This document shows, piece by piece, positions 27,346-36,765 of a stretch of DNA of 38,766 nt. How positions within the stretch are numbered: position 1 is the first letter of the stretch; every line of letters starts with the position of its first letter. The DNA lies in assembly GCA_964236955.1 (NCBI GenBank), contig CAXSGP010000004.1:77952-116717 (forward strand). The letters run 5' to 3'. The notes below the pieces were generated by a model that searched no databases, was not told where the DNA came from, and worked only from the letters and a program-made list of their open reading frames with translations. The translations under genes were made by a program, and so were the position numbers. This DNA is from an uncultured Oligoflexus sp. GTDB lineage: Bacteria > Bdellovibrionota_B > Oligoflexia > Oligoflexales > Oligoflexaceae.

Positions 27346-29640
27346 ATGCGATTCCTAAGCTTATGCCGCGTTTCTAGCTGCGCATTAGAGTCGTTTATTG
27401 TTTTTGGTTTAATGGCATGTGATGGCTCCGTTCCAAAATTCGCAGAGAATGGCATTCCGATCGTTTCCGCGAGTACTGCCGCCGCTCTTCCTGAAGTGGC
27501 GGAAGTGTTAAGCAAGGAAGAGGCACCTAACGAGGCCGTTAAAGTGGACGCCAAGGTTCCCAAGAACGCAGGGAACGATAACCCAGCCGATTCCAACGTT
27601 ACCAATAGTCCAGCCGATGATATGGGTCAAATTCCGGCAGATGAAATCTTTAAGATAACAGCCGAAGAACTCAATAAACTCGGCAAAAACGATGCCAAGC
27701 CCAGTGACTGGACACCTGAAGATAAGGGGGAAACAGCACCTGAGCCAGCGACCTATACCCGCTGGACCTTTGGGTCATCTAACCTTAAGACCGGGAAATT
27801 CGGCTATTACTCGAATACCAATGAAGTTTCCCAATCCCTGGTGATGGACAATAATACTATCAAGATCGAAAAAACCTTCAGTCAGATCGATAGGCCTGTC
27901 ATTACCGACTTCTTCGTGCAGGGATCGGACGTTAAAAACGTTAGTCAGACATTTTCCCAGAACTCCCGGGCGACGGGTACCCTCGATCTCCTAATCGTTA
28001 TCGATAACTCGGGATCGATGAATGAAGAGCAAAAAAATCTTTCCAGCAAGCTTTCCCCCCTCCTTAGCTTTGTGCAGGAGAGCGACTGGCGTGTAGGTGT
28101 GGTCACTACGGATCCTAACGATGGTTGCCTGCGCGGCCTGATTTCCAAAACTGATAGTAACAATCAGGCGGCCTTTAATACTGCGATCAATGCCGGGATC
28201 AAGGGTAGTGGTAATGAACGCGGAATCCTACAGGCCGTGAATGGCCTGAAGGGTCAATGCAATCCGAGCGGCAGCTGGCTTCGACCTCAATCGACAGTCG
28301 GCGTCCTGATCGTCAGCGATGAGGACAACTGTTCGGACGGAAAGGGCTGCGGCACCGATCCCTGGGCCTACGGCAAATACCTCACTGACTATCTGGAATC
28401 GATTCGAACACCCGGGGTCAATGCCCGCGTCTACGGCCTGGTTGGTCATCCAAGCCTCGCATCGGGCCAATGTAAGACCATGGCATCAAAAGCTAATATT
28501 TATGCGAATGTCATCGATCAGACGGGAGGAACCTGGGGCTCGATCTGTGACGCTGACTACAGCTCGACTTTGCAAAAGATCAGCCAGGACATCAGCGTTA
28601 TTTTACTCACGCAGTTCACCCTAAAGAATATACCGATGCCGGGCACGCTCAAAGTGTACTTCAACGATATTCAGCAAACTTCAGGTTTCTCAGCCCACGA
28701 AAACGTGGTGGAATTCCAAACCGTTCCTCCTGCTGGAACAGTGGTACGAATTGATTACGAGTTTAATGCCGTCCCGCCCAAGTCTAAATTTGCTTTGCGC
28801 GAGCCCGGTGAGCCGGGTCACTTAAATGTTTTTCTGGATGGGGTTGAGACCTATGCTTTTCATTTTGACAGCAGTTCCAATTCCATCGTTTTTGATACCG
28901 CCCCGACCACGTCTTCCATTAAAGCCGTCTATCGTCGGGCTGATGTCATGACTCAAGACTTTTATCTTGGGACGGGCCTGGAAATGACTAACCTCAAGGT
29001 GGTTATTAACGGTCAGACCCAAGCGCCAGACACCTATTCCTACCGAAGTTTGGACGGAATGCTTGGGTTCAAGGCACCGCCGGTTGATAATGCAAGCATT
29101 GCCATAAGTTTCGATAGAATTTTTGCCGAATCTCTGCGTTATGCCGTTCTCCTTCCCAGTGAAGGCTCGGTTACGGCTTGGGATATGGACAGCGCGGCTA
29201 AAATCAATATCCAAAGAGTTCAGGATACCGTGACTTTTGCCGCCAAGGACTATAAGCCGAACCGTCGGGTGATGGTAAAGGCGGTTACCGCCGCTAGTTG
29301 GAAGATCAAGCTGAATCCGGAAATTCTGCTCGACAGCCTTAAGGTTACTGCTGGACGATTAATCTGCGAATCCTATCGAATCAGCGACAACACGCTGGAT
29401 CTAGCCCGATGTGAATGGCCAATGGGCACGAAGGTTGACATCACGTACCAATATGAAACCGAACATCTGGATGTCTTTGATCTTGGTCCAGTGGCAGGAA
29501 TACCGGCCGATGCCAGTTGGAAGGTGCTTGTTAATGGCAGGATCCTCAAGGACTCCGAATTCTCGGTGGACGGCGGCCAGGTCCGCATCGCCGCCCTCCC
29601 GCTCAATGCCACAATACAAGTTTTATTAAAAACGAATTGA
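27346..29640 (+). CDS. von Willebrand A domain lipoprotein with C-terminal beta-sandwich repeats (adhesin-like)
   Basis: GGAG RBS before ATG 27346, lipobox-like LMAC, MIDAS DNSGS, VGVVTTD, IVSDEDNCS and SICD..Y. Repeated ~55-60 aa beta-rich units at the C-terminus. Confidence 0.85.
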   Translation: MRFLSLCRVSSCALESFIVFGLMACDGSVPKFAENGIPIVSASTAAALPEVAEVLSKEEAPNEAVKVDAKVPKNAGNDNPADSNVTNSPADDMGQIPADEIFKITAEELNKLGKNDAKPSDWTPEDKGETAPEPATYTRWTFGSSNLKTGKFGYYSNTNEVSQSLVMDNNTIKIEKTFSQIDRPVITDFFVQGSDVKNVSQTFSQNSRATGTLDLLIVIDNSGSMNEEQKNLSSKLSPLLSFVQESDWRVGVVTTDPNDGCLRGLISKTDSNNQAAFNTAINAGIKGSGNERGILQAVNGLKGQCNPSGSWLRPQSTVGVLIVSDEDNCSDGKGCGTDPWAYGKYLTDYLESIRTPGVNARVYGLVGHPSLASGQCKTMASKANIYANVIDQTGGTWGSICDADYSSTLQKISQDISVILLTQFTLKNIPMPGTLKVYFNDIQQTSGFSAHENVVEFQTVPPAGTVVRIDYEFNAVPPKSKFALREPGEPGHLNVFLDGVETYAFHFDSSSNSIVFDTAPTTSSIKAVYRRADVMTQDFYLGTGLEMTNLKVVINGQTQAPDTYSYRSLDGMLGFKAPPVDNASIAISFDRIFAESLRYAVLLPSEGSVTAWDMDSAAKINIQRVQDTVTFAAKDYKPNRRVMVKAVTAASWKIKLNPEILLDSLKVTAGRLICESYRISDNTLDLARCEWPMGTKVDITYQYETEHLDVFDLGPVAGIPADASWKVLVNGRILKDSEFSVDGGQVRIAALPLNATIQVLLKTN

Positions 29641-29674
29641 AATAAACATATAGAAAATCACAGCAAAACCCACG

Positions 29675-29709
29675 AAAAAAGGCGAGCCACCGGGGCTCGC
29701 TTTGTTTTT
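29675..29709. terminator. Bidirectional rho-independent terminator
   Basis: AAAAAA-GGCGAGCC-loop-GGCTCGCT-TTGTTTTT between the convergent vWA and AraC genes. Confidence 0.8.
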
Positions 29710-29721
29710 GCTTGCCTTTTA

Positions 29722-30270
29722 TTACGCCAGGATCATAGAAGCGTCAGGTGATTCGCTTGCTGCTGAAGCTGGGGAAGTTGTCATGGGTACGAGTTTGCAA
29801 TTATCAGCATAGGCATTGAGCGACTCCGTGACGGTGCTCTCAAAGCTTTCATAGAGATCTTGTTTGGCTTTTTGAGCATCTTCCGCATTGGCTTTTGTAG
29901 GCAGACTCTTAACCAAGCTTGAGGGTGCCTGGCGGAAGGTCTTACGGAAGAAGCGGGAGAAGTGCTGGGGGCTGTTGAAGCCGCAAAGGGTCAATACATC
30001 CATCAAAGCCAAGTCAAGGCCCTTCGCGATGATGTCGCGAGCCAGGTGAGCACGGAAGGACCATAACCAGCGCATGGGAGCGATGCCGTAATGTTTATGA
30101 AAGAGACGGGTAAGAGCAAATTTGGAGATGCCCACAGTTGCAGCTAAGTCATCTAAACTGATGTCTTCACTGACATTCTTAATAAGGTAAGCTTTGAGAG
30201 GAGCTAGTGAGACAGTGGCAGAGGGAGCTTCAACAGACTGAGATTGTGCAAGATTTTCGATAAACAACAT
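29722..30270 (-). CDS. AraC-family regulator, HTH domain only
   Basis: ISLDDLA...SKFALTRLF and CGFNSPQHFSRFFRK. AGGAG RBS before ATG 30270. Confidence 0.9.
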   Translation of the reverse strand: MLFIENLAQSQSVEAPSATVSLAPLKAYLIKNVSEDISLDDLAATVGISKFALTRLFHKHYGIAPMRWLWSFRAHLARDIIAKGLDLALMDVLTLCGFNSPQHFSRFFRKTFRQAPSSLVKSLPTKANAEDAQKAKQDLYESFESTVTESLNAYADNCKLVPMTTSPASAASESPDASMILA

Positions 30271-30557
30271 GATTCGTTCTCCTAGCGGGTTCGACGTTCT
30301 CTGACGCAACGTCAAAATAGCCAAGTCGAAATGCTGTGTCAACTAAGTTTTATTAGAATTTTGAATTATCTATTTTAGCGCTGTGTTATTCAATACTTGT
30401 CCATAATTTTAAAAGGACCTTGAGGATTTCCTATTTGTACCGACCTATAGTTCATAACAAGAAAACAAGGTTTTTAAGGACTTAGATAGAAAGACTTGCC
30501 TCCATTCGGTTGGTCATGTTAGAAGACGGCCACTTTGATGCAGAGTAGGGAGAGTCT

Positions 30558-31868
30558 ATGAACGGCTTGATCAGCAAAGTATTGATGGTGCTTGTAATTA
30601 TTACGGGCCAAAAGGTCAAAGCATCCGATACATTAGATACCAACAAGTATATGTTGGATTTGGCTTCCGCCGGAATTTCTTCGCGTTCTCTTGTCCGCAT
30701 CAAGGTATTTCCCCACGATCGCGATTATAAGCCTCACGGCTCAGACGCTCATCGCGACCACATCACCATTGAATCCGAAGGTAATTGTCAACTTTTCAAT
30801 GGCATGACAGACAGGGCTGCCGTGGCTTCGACCGCGGTCCAGCAAAATTTCAAGAGCCTTGAGCTCGATGCCTCCACGCTTGCCAGGCCCGTGTTTATAA
30901 AGTGCCCCCAGCCTTTCAAGATCGTTCGCCTTGGTATTCCTGCCAATGCGCAATTTTCCTATACAGGTTCGCTCTACCTTCAGGCCAACGAGGGCGAATT
31001 GGAGGCGATCAATATTGTCGACCTGAAGACCTATCTGCGTGGCGTCGTTCCATCCGAGGTCTATCGCGACTGGCCGCTTGAAACCCTTAAAACCCAAGCC
31101 GTTGCCGCTCGTACTTATGCCGTTTATCACCTCATATATGCTCGAAAATTTTCCAGTGATCGCACTTGGGATGTCGATGACACAATCAATTTTCAAGCCT
31201 ACACGGGATCGACTCTTATATCGGATAAGACGGATCTGGCGATTGCTTCCACGGAGGGTCAAATCCTTACCTTCCGAGGCAATGTTATTCAGGCCTTCTA
31301 TCATGCCAACAGCGGCGGTCAGACTGAAGATGCTCTTTCCGTTTGGAACCAGGCGATTCCTTTTACAGTAGCCCGACCCGAAGTTCCAGAAGTCGAGGTT
31401 GCCAAAAGCATCTGGGAAAGAAGTTTTTCATTGGTGCAAATGGAAGCGGAACTTCGCAGCGCCGGATTTCTCGACAAAGGCAAAAGCCTGAAAAGCATTG
31501 TTATCCCGGTGGTCGGCCGCTCGCCCTCGGGTCGCGTGAAAGCGATGGCTATGATCGATTCTTCGGGTCAGCATAAAGCCTTTCCCTTGAGCCTTTTTAG
31601 AAAGGTTGCAGGCCAAATGCCGTCGCCTCTATTTTATCTGGAAAAAGACAGCAAGGTGAGTCGTGGGATGGTGATCAAGGGCGTGGGCTTTGGCCATGGG
31701 GTGGGCATGAGCCAGCAGGGAGCAGCAGCGCTTGCGAGTCAAAAGGCTTGGGATTATAAACAAATTCTTAACTACTACTATTTAAATACCACACTTTGTT
31801 CCTTGGATTCGAGCAACGAGTATGTGCCTGATTGCAAGAGTCAAAAAATGGCTCAGGCTACCCGTTAA
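30558..31868 (+). CDS. SpoIID/LytB domain lytic transglycosylase
   Basis: YLRGVVPSE, LKTQAVAARTYA, YHANSGGQTE, GFGHGVGMSQ.GA and ILNYYY. Signal peptide present. Confidence 0.95.
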   Translation: MNGLISKVLMVLVIITGQKVKASDTLDTNKYMLDLASAGISSRSLVRIKVFPHDRDYKPHGSDAHRDHITIESEGNCQLFNGMTDRAAVASTAVQQNFKSLELDASTLARPVFIKCPQPFKIVRLGIPANAQFSYTGSLYLQANEGELEAINIVDLKTYLRGVVPSEVYRDWPLETLKTQAVAARTYAVYHLIYARKFSSDRTWDVDDTINFQAYTGSTLISDKTDLAIASTEGQILTFRGNVIQAFYHANSGGQTEDALSVWNQAIPFTVARPEVPEVEVAKSIWERSFSLVQMEAELRSAGFLDKGKSLKSIVIPVVGRSPSGRVKAMAMIDSSGQHKAFPLSLFRKVAGQMPSPLFYLEKDSKVSRGMVIKGVGFGHGVGMSQQGAAALASQKAWDYKQILNYYYLNTTLCSLDSSNEYVPDCKSQKMAQATR

Positions 31869-31920
31869 CTGGTCCTTCAGGGCCGTTTGGAAACTGGGAT
31901 AGGAGCCATGCTGCGGGCTG

Positions 31921-33396
31921 TCAGATATTTCCGGCGGCTGGCACTGAGGGGAGGGTCAGATCAAACTTTGTATGAGGCGAAGTGACATCAAGTCGCAGGT
32001 CTCCTGCGTGTCTTTTGGCAATGGAAAGTGAAATACTGAGACCCAGCCCGGTTCCCTTGCCAACTTCCTTGGTCGTGAAAAACGGTTCCATGATTCGCGA
32101 AGCGATCGCTGGTTGTATGCCATGGCCGGAGTCGATGACCGAAACAATATAATTCCCCTGTCGCTTGGTGCCGACGATATGAATCCATTTCCTATCGAGT
32201 TCTCGCACGGCATCGGCCGCGTTATTGATAAGATTGAAGAGGACTTGAGAGACTTCCACCTCATTGCCGAATATATCGATATCGTCCTGGAATTCGACTT
32301 CGATCGCGATACTGTCCTGACGAATCTTCTCCTCACAAAGGCTTAAAACTTCCTGCACCAGTTTTGCCACCGAAAAGCGCGTGCGGGGGCTGTTTTCTCC
32401 GTCGCGGGCCAGCTTTCTAAGGCTGGTCACCACTTTGCCGATGCGTTCGCAGGTCTGACGGATTTGCGTCGAGCACTTTCTTACCTGCGAATAGTTGCTG
32501 CTGTCCAACTCCCTCTCGAGGCGTTGAGCGCTGCCGACGATGATAGCGAGAGGATTGTTGATTTCATGCGCTATGCCACCGGCCATCTCGCCAAGACTCG
32601 CGAGCCGGGCGGAATTGATGGCGTTCATCTTTTGGATTTCAATTTCGCGTTCTTTTTCGCGAAGGCGGTCTTCGTTTTGTTTTTGATAGAGAGCGAGCTC
32701 ACTGACCATGGAGTTGACAGTAAAAACCAGTGAATCAAATTCGTCAGGGTAACGGTTATTGCGGCCGAGGCTTAAAGATTGGGGGGACTTCAATGACTGA
32801 ATGCTTAAATTCTCGAGAAACTTTGCAACGTACATGACGTGTCGCGTAAGTAGTTTTTGGACGATAGCGAGGATGACGAGACTGATAAGCAAAGTTTTGA
32901 CCGCTTGCATCGCAAAGGTCAGAAGCAGTTTCTGAAAAAGTCTTTGCAAAATTGCCACGCGTGAGGCTTTCACCCTTAAGGTCCCTAGCTCACGCATAGG
33001 AATGGAGCCCTGGTTGAGCGTCAGTTTAAAGGCTCTGTCGACGGAAGGATTATCGAAAAAAAATTGCAGCGGAATGCTCTGCCTTTCGATATTCGCAGGG
33101 CGATGAAAGGTAAAGAGTTCGACACCTTCCATGTCATAGAGTGCAGCTTCAACAAAATCACCGGTGGCAACGATGCCTTCAAGAAACTTTGTGATCTGCT
33201 CATCATCAAAACTCCAGACTGCCGTGCTTAAAGGACTAAGCGTCAATCTTTCCAATTGGCCGAAACTTCTGTCCAGAAGTCCAAGTTCCGAACGGTATTC
33301 AATATAAAAAGTAATCGCTGTCAACACCGTTGTTATAAGTGTCGAAGCAGCCAGTATGATAGCGAGGACTTTGCGCGAAAGGGAACGCGGATGCAT
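31921..33396 (-). CDS. Membrane sensor histidine kinase
   Basis: Two TMs flanking a periplasmic domain, HAMP-like linker, H-box AHEINNPL, N-box NLINNA, DSGHG, FFTTK and GTGLGL. Confidence 0.95.
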   Translation of the reverse strand: MHPRSLSRKVLAIILAASTLITTVLTAITFYIEYRSELGLLDRSFGQLERLTLSPLSTAVWSFDDEQITKFLEGIVATGDFVEAALYDMEGVELFTFHRPANIERQSIPLQFFFDNPSVDRAFKLTLNQGSIPMRELGTLRVKASRVAILQRLFQKLLLTFAMQAVKTLLISLVILAIVQKLLTRHVMYVAKFLENLSIQSLKSPQSLSLGRNNRYPDEFDSLVFTVNSMVSELALYQKQNEDRLREKEREIEIQKMNAINSARLASLGEMAGGIAHEINNPLAIIVGSAQRLERELDSSNYSQVRKCSTQIRQTCERIGKVVTSLRKLARDGENSPRTRFSVAKLVQEVLSLCEEKIRQDSIAIEVEFQDDIDIFGNEVEVSQVLFNLINNAADAVRELDRKWIHIVGTKRQGNYIVSVIDSGHGIQPAIASRIMEPFFTTKEVGKGTGLGLSISLSIAKRHAGDLRLDVTSPHTKFDLTLPSVPAAGNI

Positions 33397-33815
33397 TTTA
33401 TGTACTTTACCTTATGCGTGGCCTGGAATTCATGGACGATCAACCGACTGAACGGAATAACACTCATTGACAGCAAACTTGATTGATTGATTAAAATCGC
33501 CTTTTTCCAGAGACTTGTCCAGTTGTTCAATTTCGATTTTGTAACAGCCTGAGATTTTTGCATCCGCTGCCCATTTGAAAGACTGGACCAGGATATTTGG
33601 GACGGCAAATTGCTGTCGTTTGGTCGCAAAGATAGGGCGTTACCGAGTGTAAGCTTGAAGTTTGACCCGGCTGAGTCTCGCAGGCTAAGTCTTTTATGTT
33701 AGCCCATAGTATCAATATACTGTTATGATTTCAGTAAATTAAGGCAGCCGCTAAAACTTACCATAACCTTATTTTTATTAATATTCCTAAGTATATTTGT
33801 GCAGTTTTAAAACCT

Positions 33816-33842
33816 TTAGATTTTCTTTCAAATAGCCGAAGT
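33816..33842 (+). promoter_or_regulatory. Possible sigma28-like promoter for the prepilin-type gene
   Basis: TTAG-N15-GCCGAAGT, ~34 nt before ATG 33876. Confidence 0.3.
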
Positions 33843-33875
33843 AGATTCATATCCTAAAAAAGGACAGATTCTATT

Positions 33876-34664
33876 ATGCAATCTCCATTTAAAAACATGC
33901 AGGCCGGTACGAGTTTAATAGAGCTAATGATGGGTTTAGGCATGTTAACAATAGTAGCCCTAGGTGCCAGCATGTTCTTTAAACGGGTATCGACCTCCGA
34001 CCTCGAAGCGCGGGCAAAAGCCGGAACGATAAGTGAAATTAGTCTTTTTCTGTCGACAGTCGAGCGCGACTTCAAATTAAGAAATGTTTCCCTGGGAACT
34101 CCGACAGCTCCCTGTGTGAGCCTCTGTAAGTCATTCTCTATCGATCGAATGGTGCGCACGACCTTAGGCGAAGAGGCGGTGATGCCTGTTAAGTTTGAGA
34201 CTATTTGCGCTACGAGCAGTCGGCCCGAAATTACAGATATATTTAAGAGTGGAAATAACAAAATTAAATTTGCCCCAAATGCCGAAACGCAATCGACCCT
34301 CAACGGACGCTGTTTGAAGCTAGGTTTGAATGGATGTGCAACGGGACAATATCCGCAGGTGCTTATAACACCGGCCTATCCTTCCGATATAGATCCCACG
34401 ACAATGCCGATTTATCCACGAATGAGTAAATCGGCGACGGGAGGATCAAGTGCAAAATTGCCTGACTTAAACCTCAAAGGAGGGTTAGCATCGAATGTAA
34501 TCGGCGCGGCACTCTGCGCTGAATCAAGCGGTACTTCCAAAACCGATCGCGTGATTCTGGAGGCTGCGTATGTAACGGCTGAGGGCTTTGTTCGCGTAGA
34601 GAAACGCGAAGTATCCATTCCGCGTAGAAATATAGCCAATATTCAAATGCTGCCCAGTAAATAG
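33876..34664 (+). CDS. Prepilin-type N-terminal cleavage/methylation protein (minor pilin/pseudopilin)
   Basis: Class III signal QAG/TSLIELMMGLGML (G-1, E+5), hydrophobic helix, several Cys. Confidence 0.8.
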   Translation: MQSPFKNMQAGTSLIELMMGLGMLTIVALGASMFFKRVSTSDLEARAKAGTISEISLFLSTVERDFKLRNVSLGTPTAPCVSLCKSFSIDRMVRTTLGEEAVMPVKFETICATSSRPEITDIFKSGNNKIKFAPNAETQSTLNGRCLKLGLNGCATGQYPQVLITPAYPSDIDPTTMPIYPRMSKSATGGSSAKLPDLNLKGGLASNVIGAALCAESSGTSKTDRVILEAAYVTAEGFVRVEKREVSIPRRNIANIQMLPSK

Positions 34665-34785
34665 TGCCGGTCCCGAACCGGCGATGGCTGCGTTTCACCG
34701 GCAGAACCAAATGTTCATTTATGAGGGAATAAACTCCGCTTTTTTCTGCCTTGCGGCTTGCCATCGCCATTTCCGGACAGAGACT
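34663..34785. repeat. ~120 bp palindromic interspersed repeat, copy 2
   Basis: Aligns end to end with 20573-20694 and shares the exact 20-mer GGAATAAACTCCGCTTTTTT. Perfect internal stem GGCGATGGC/GCCATCGCC. Confidence 0.85.
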
Positions 34786-34887
34786 CAATATATATCGCTC
34801 AAGCGCCGCTGGACGAAAAGAGTTCTGGTTCATGGAGCCGTGCCGATGCAGATTACAAATGCCCACCACCAACTGTAAGGCCCATGA

Positions 34888-35943
34888 CTATAAAAAATCG
34901 ACTCGCGAAGTCATTGGGAAATTTACGCTATCTATCATCTCTTGGGTAAGCCGTTTGGCTTCCGTGAGATTTTTTGCCTTCATACATTTCGAATAGTAAG
35001 AGTGGCCGAACAAAAACCAGCGATTGGCATTGATCACATAAAACCTTAAACGCCGCAGGTTCTTTTCATCACTATCAAAGTACTCATCAAGACTTTCCAT
35101 GAACTTGACCATCGCCATCAGAAAAAACCTTCCCTCTTCCTCCGGGGTCTGCGGCGGCACCGTTCCCGGAAAAGCCTCCGGACTTTCGGTATAGCCTAAC
35201 GAGTGAGCAATTTGCCATAAAATCCAAGGCCTAGCCGTAGCTGCCCTACCTATCATGACCCCATCAGCCAGCCCATTTTGATAGATGTGAAGCGCGTCCT
35301 GAGCCGTTTGAATATCACCATTCATAACGATAGGAATACGGCGCTTTTGCCGAATATCGCTCACCATCGTCCAATCGGCGTCACCTTTGTGCCTTTGAGA
35401 CTGAAGCCTGGCATGAATCGTCAACCAATCGGCGCCTGCACTTTCCAATGCCGACGTAAAATCATCTAAAAATTGGGGATCGGCGACCTCCTGACCACAA
35501 CGCATCTTCACGCTCACCGGTATTGAGCTGTGCTTTTTCGTCATTTCTACCACTCGTGCCGCATAGTCGCGGTCCCCAAGCAAACGTACGCCCCAGTTGT
35601 GCTTCAGATGCTGACGAGCGGGACAGCCCATATTGATATCGAACCCCCAGGGATCGAGTGGCAGGAGTTTCTGTATGCTTCTTTGAATGAAACTTTCTTC
35701 GTTGCCCAAGATCTGCGGGACGAAAAAACGTTCCCCTGGCAGAGTCTTTAATTCATCGACTCGATCTATTCTTTCAAAGGGGAGCCGACGGGTGGAAAGC
35801 ATTTCGGTAAAGAGCAGAGGATGGACTGAAGATGGAGTGAAATGACGTACAACGGCTCGAAAGGCCACGTGCGTGAGGCCAACCATGGGCGCAACCATAA
35901 ATGGAAAATCGAGACCGAGAGCATGGAGACGGGACGCTTGCAC
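34888..35943 (-). CDS. tRNA-dihydrouridine synthase (Dus family)
   Basis: APMVG, DINMGCP, SVKMR, TIHAR, NGDI and GVMIGRA. Start placed at GTG 35943 (GAGGGG RBS) rather than TTG 36000. Confidence 0.93.
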   Translation of the reverse strand: MQASRLHALGLDFPFMVAPMVGLTHVAFRAVVRHFTPSSVHPLLFTEMLSTRRLPFERIDRVDELKTLPGERFFVPQILGNEESFIQRSIQKLLPLDPWGFDINMGCPARQHLKHNWGVRLLGDRDYAARVVEMTKKHSSIPVSVKMRCGQEVADPQFLDDFTSALESAGADWLTIHARLQSQRHKGDADWTMVSDIRQKRRIPIVMNGDIQTAQDALHIYQNGLADGVMIGRAATARPWILWQIAHSLGYTESPEAFPGTVPPQTPEEEGRFFLMAMVKFMESLDEYFDSDEKNLRRLRFYVINANRWFLFGHSYYSKCMKAKNLTEAKRLTQEMIDSVNFPMTSRVDFL

Positions 35944-36017
35944 TCTATTCCCCTCATAACTGTAGATCCACTGTCTACGAGAGCTAGAGTAGGGAAGCAA
36001 GCGGCCTTTCCAACATG

Positions 36018-36422
36018 CTATTTTGGACTATTTAAGGTCATCCTAGCCGTCGTCGTCACCTTCAGGAGTTCCCGTAAAGTGTCTTCCAACAGATTGCCAC
36101 GAACCGCATGAAATTTATTTACAAAGAAAGCGCACGTGGGCAGATAGGGACGAATCTGGGTTTCGGGGAAAGAGCTCACGACCAAGACAGGAATATCGTT
36201 ATTGGTGCAAAAATGCGCCAATGAACCGCCGTCTCCTCCCTGCATGATGTAATCGGTGATCACGGCATCGAACGATTCCTTATTGAGAATCTCAATCGCC
36301 TCATGGCCTGAGGAAGTGGTCTTACAGACCGCAAAAGTCTTCAACTTTTCTTCGATAATAGAAGCCAAATCCGGATCGTCATCCACCACTAGAAAATTGA
36401 ATTTTGGATTCTTAATCTTCAT
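36018..36422 (-). CDS. Stand-alone response regulator receiver protein
   Basis: LVVDDD, ITDYIM (phospho-Asp), VSS and FVNK. Confidence 0.88.
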   Translation of the reverse strand: MKIKNPKFNFLVVDDDPDLASIIEEKLKTFAVCKTTSSGHEAIEILNKESFDAVITDYIMQGGDGGSLAHFCTNNDIPVLVVSSFPETQIRPYLPTCAFFVNKFHAVRGNLLEDTLRELLKVTTTARMTLNSPK

Positions 36423-36765
36423 TCGTTAAGTTCTCGCTAAACCTGAGGATACTTGTCGCCGCTTTTGGGACATATGTACTTTTTACGCGATACGCGCGTT
36501 ATCTAAGACTAATCCAAGAAAACTATATCAGATTAGTAAGGAGGGGGGAAGAGAGGCAAAGGCCGTCCTGGCCCCAATCTCACCGATACGATAAAGACAG
36601 GTCAAGGGCTGCGGGTCCGAGCGCTAACACGACAGATTGAAACAGCTATGCGAGTTTCTTATGGGTATTCCTCGATTTTCTTGAAAATTACCACGAACTC
36701 AACATACTATGTCCGCTACATTCCATCGTCGCTGGACGCAGTGGCTCGTCAAACGAGGTAGATTC

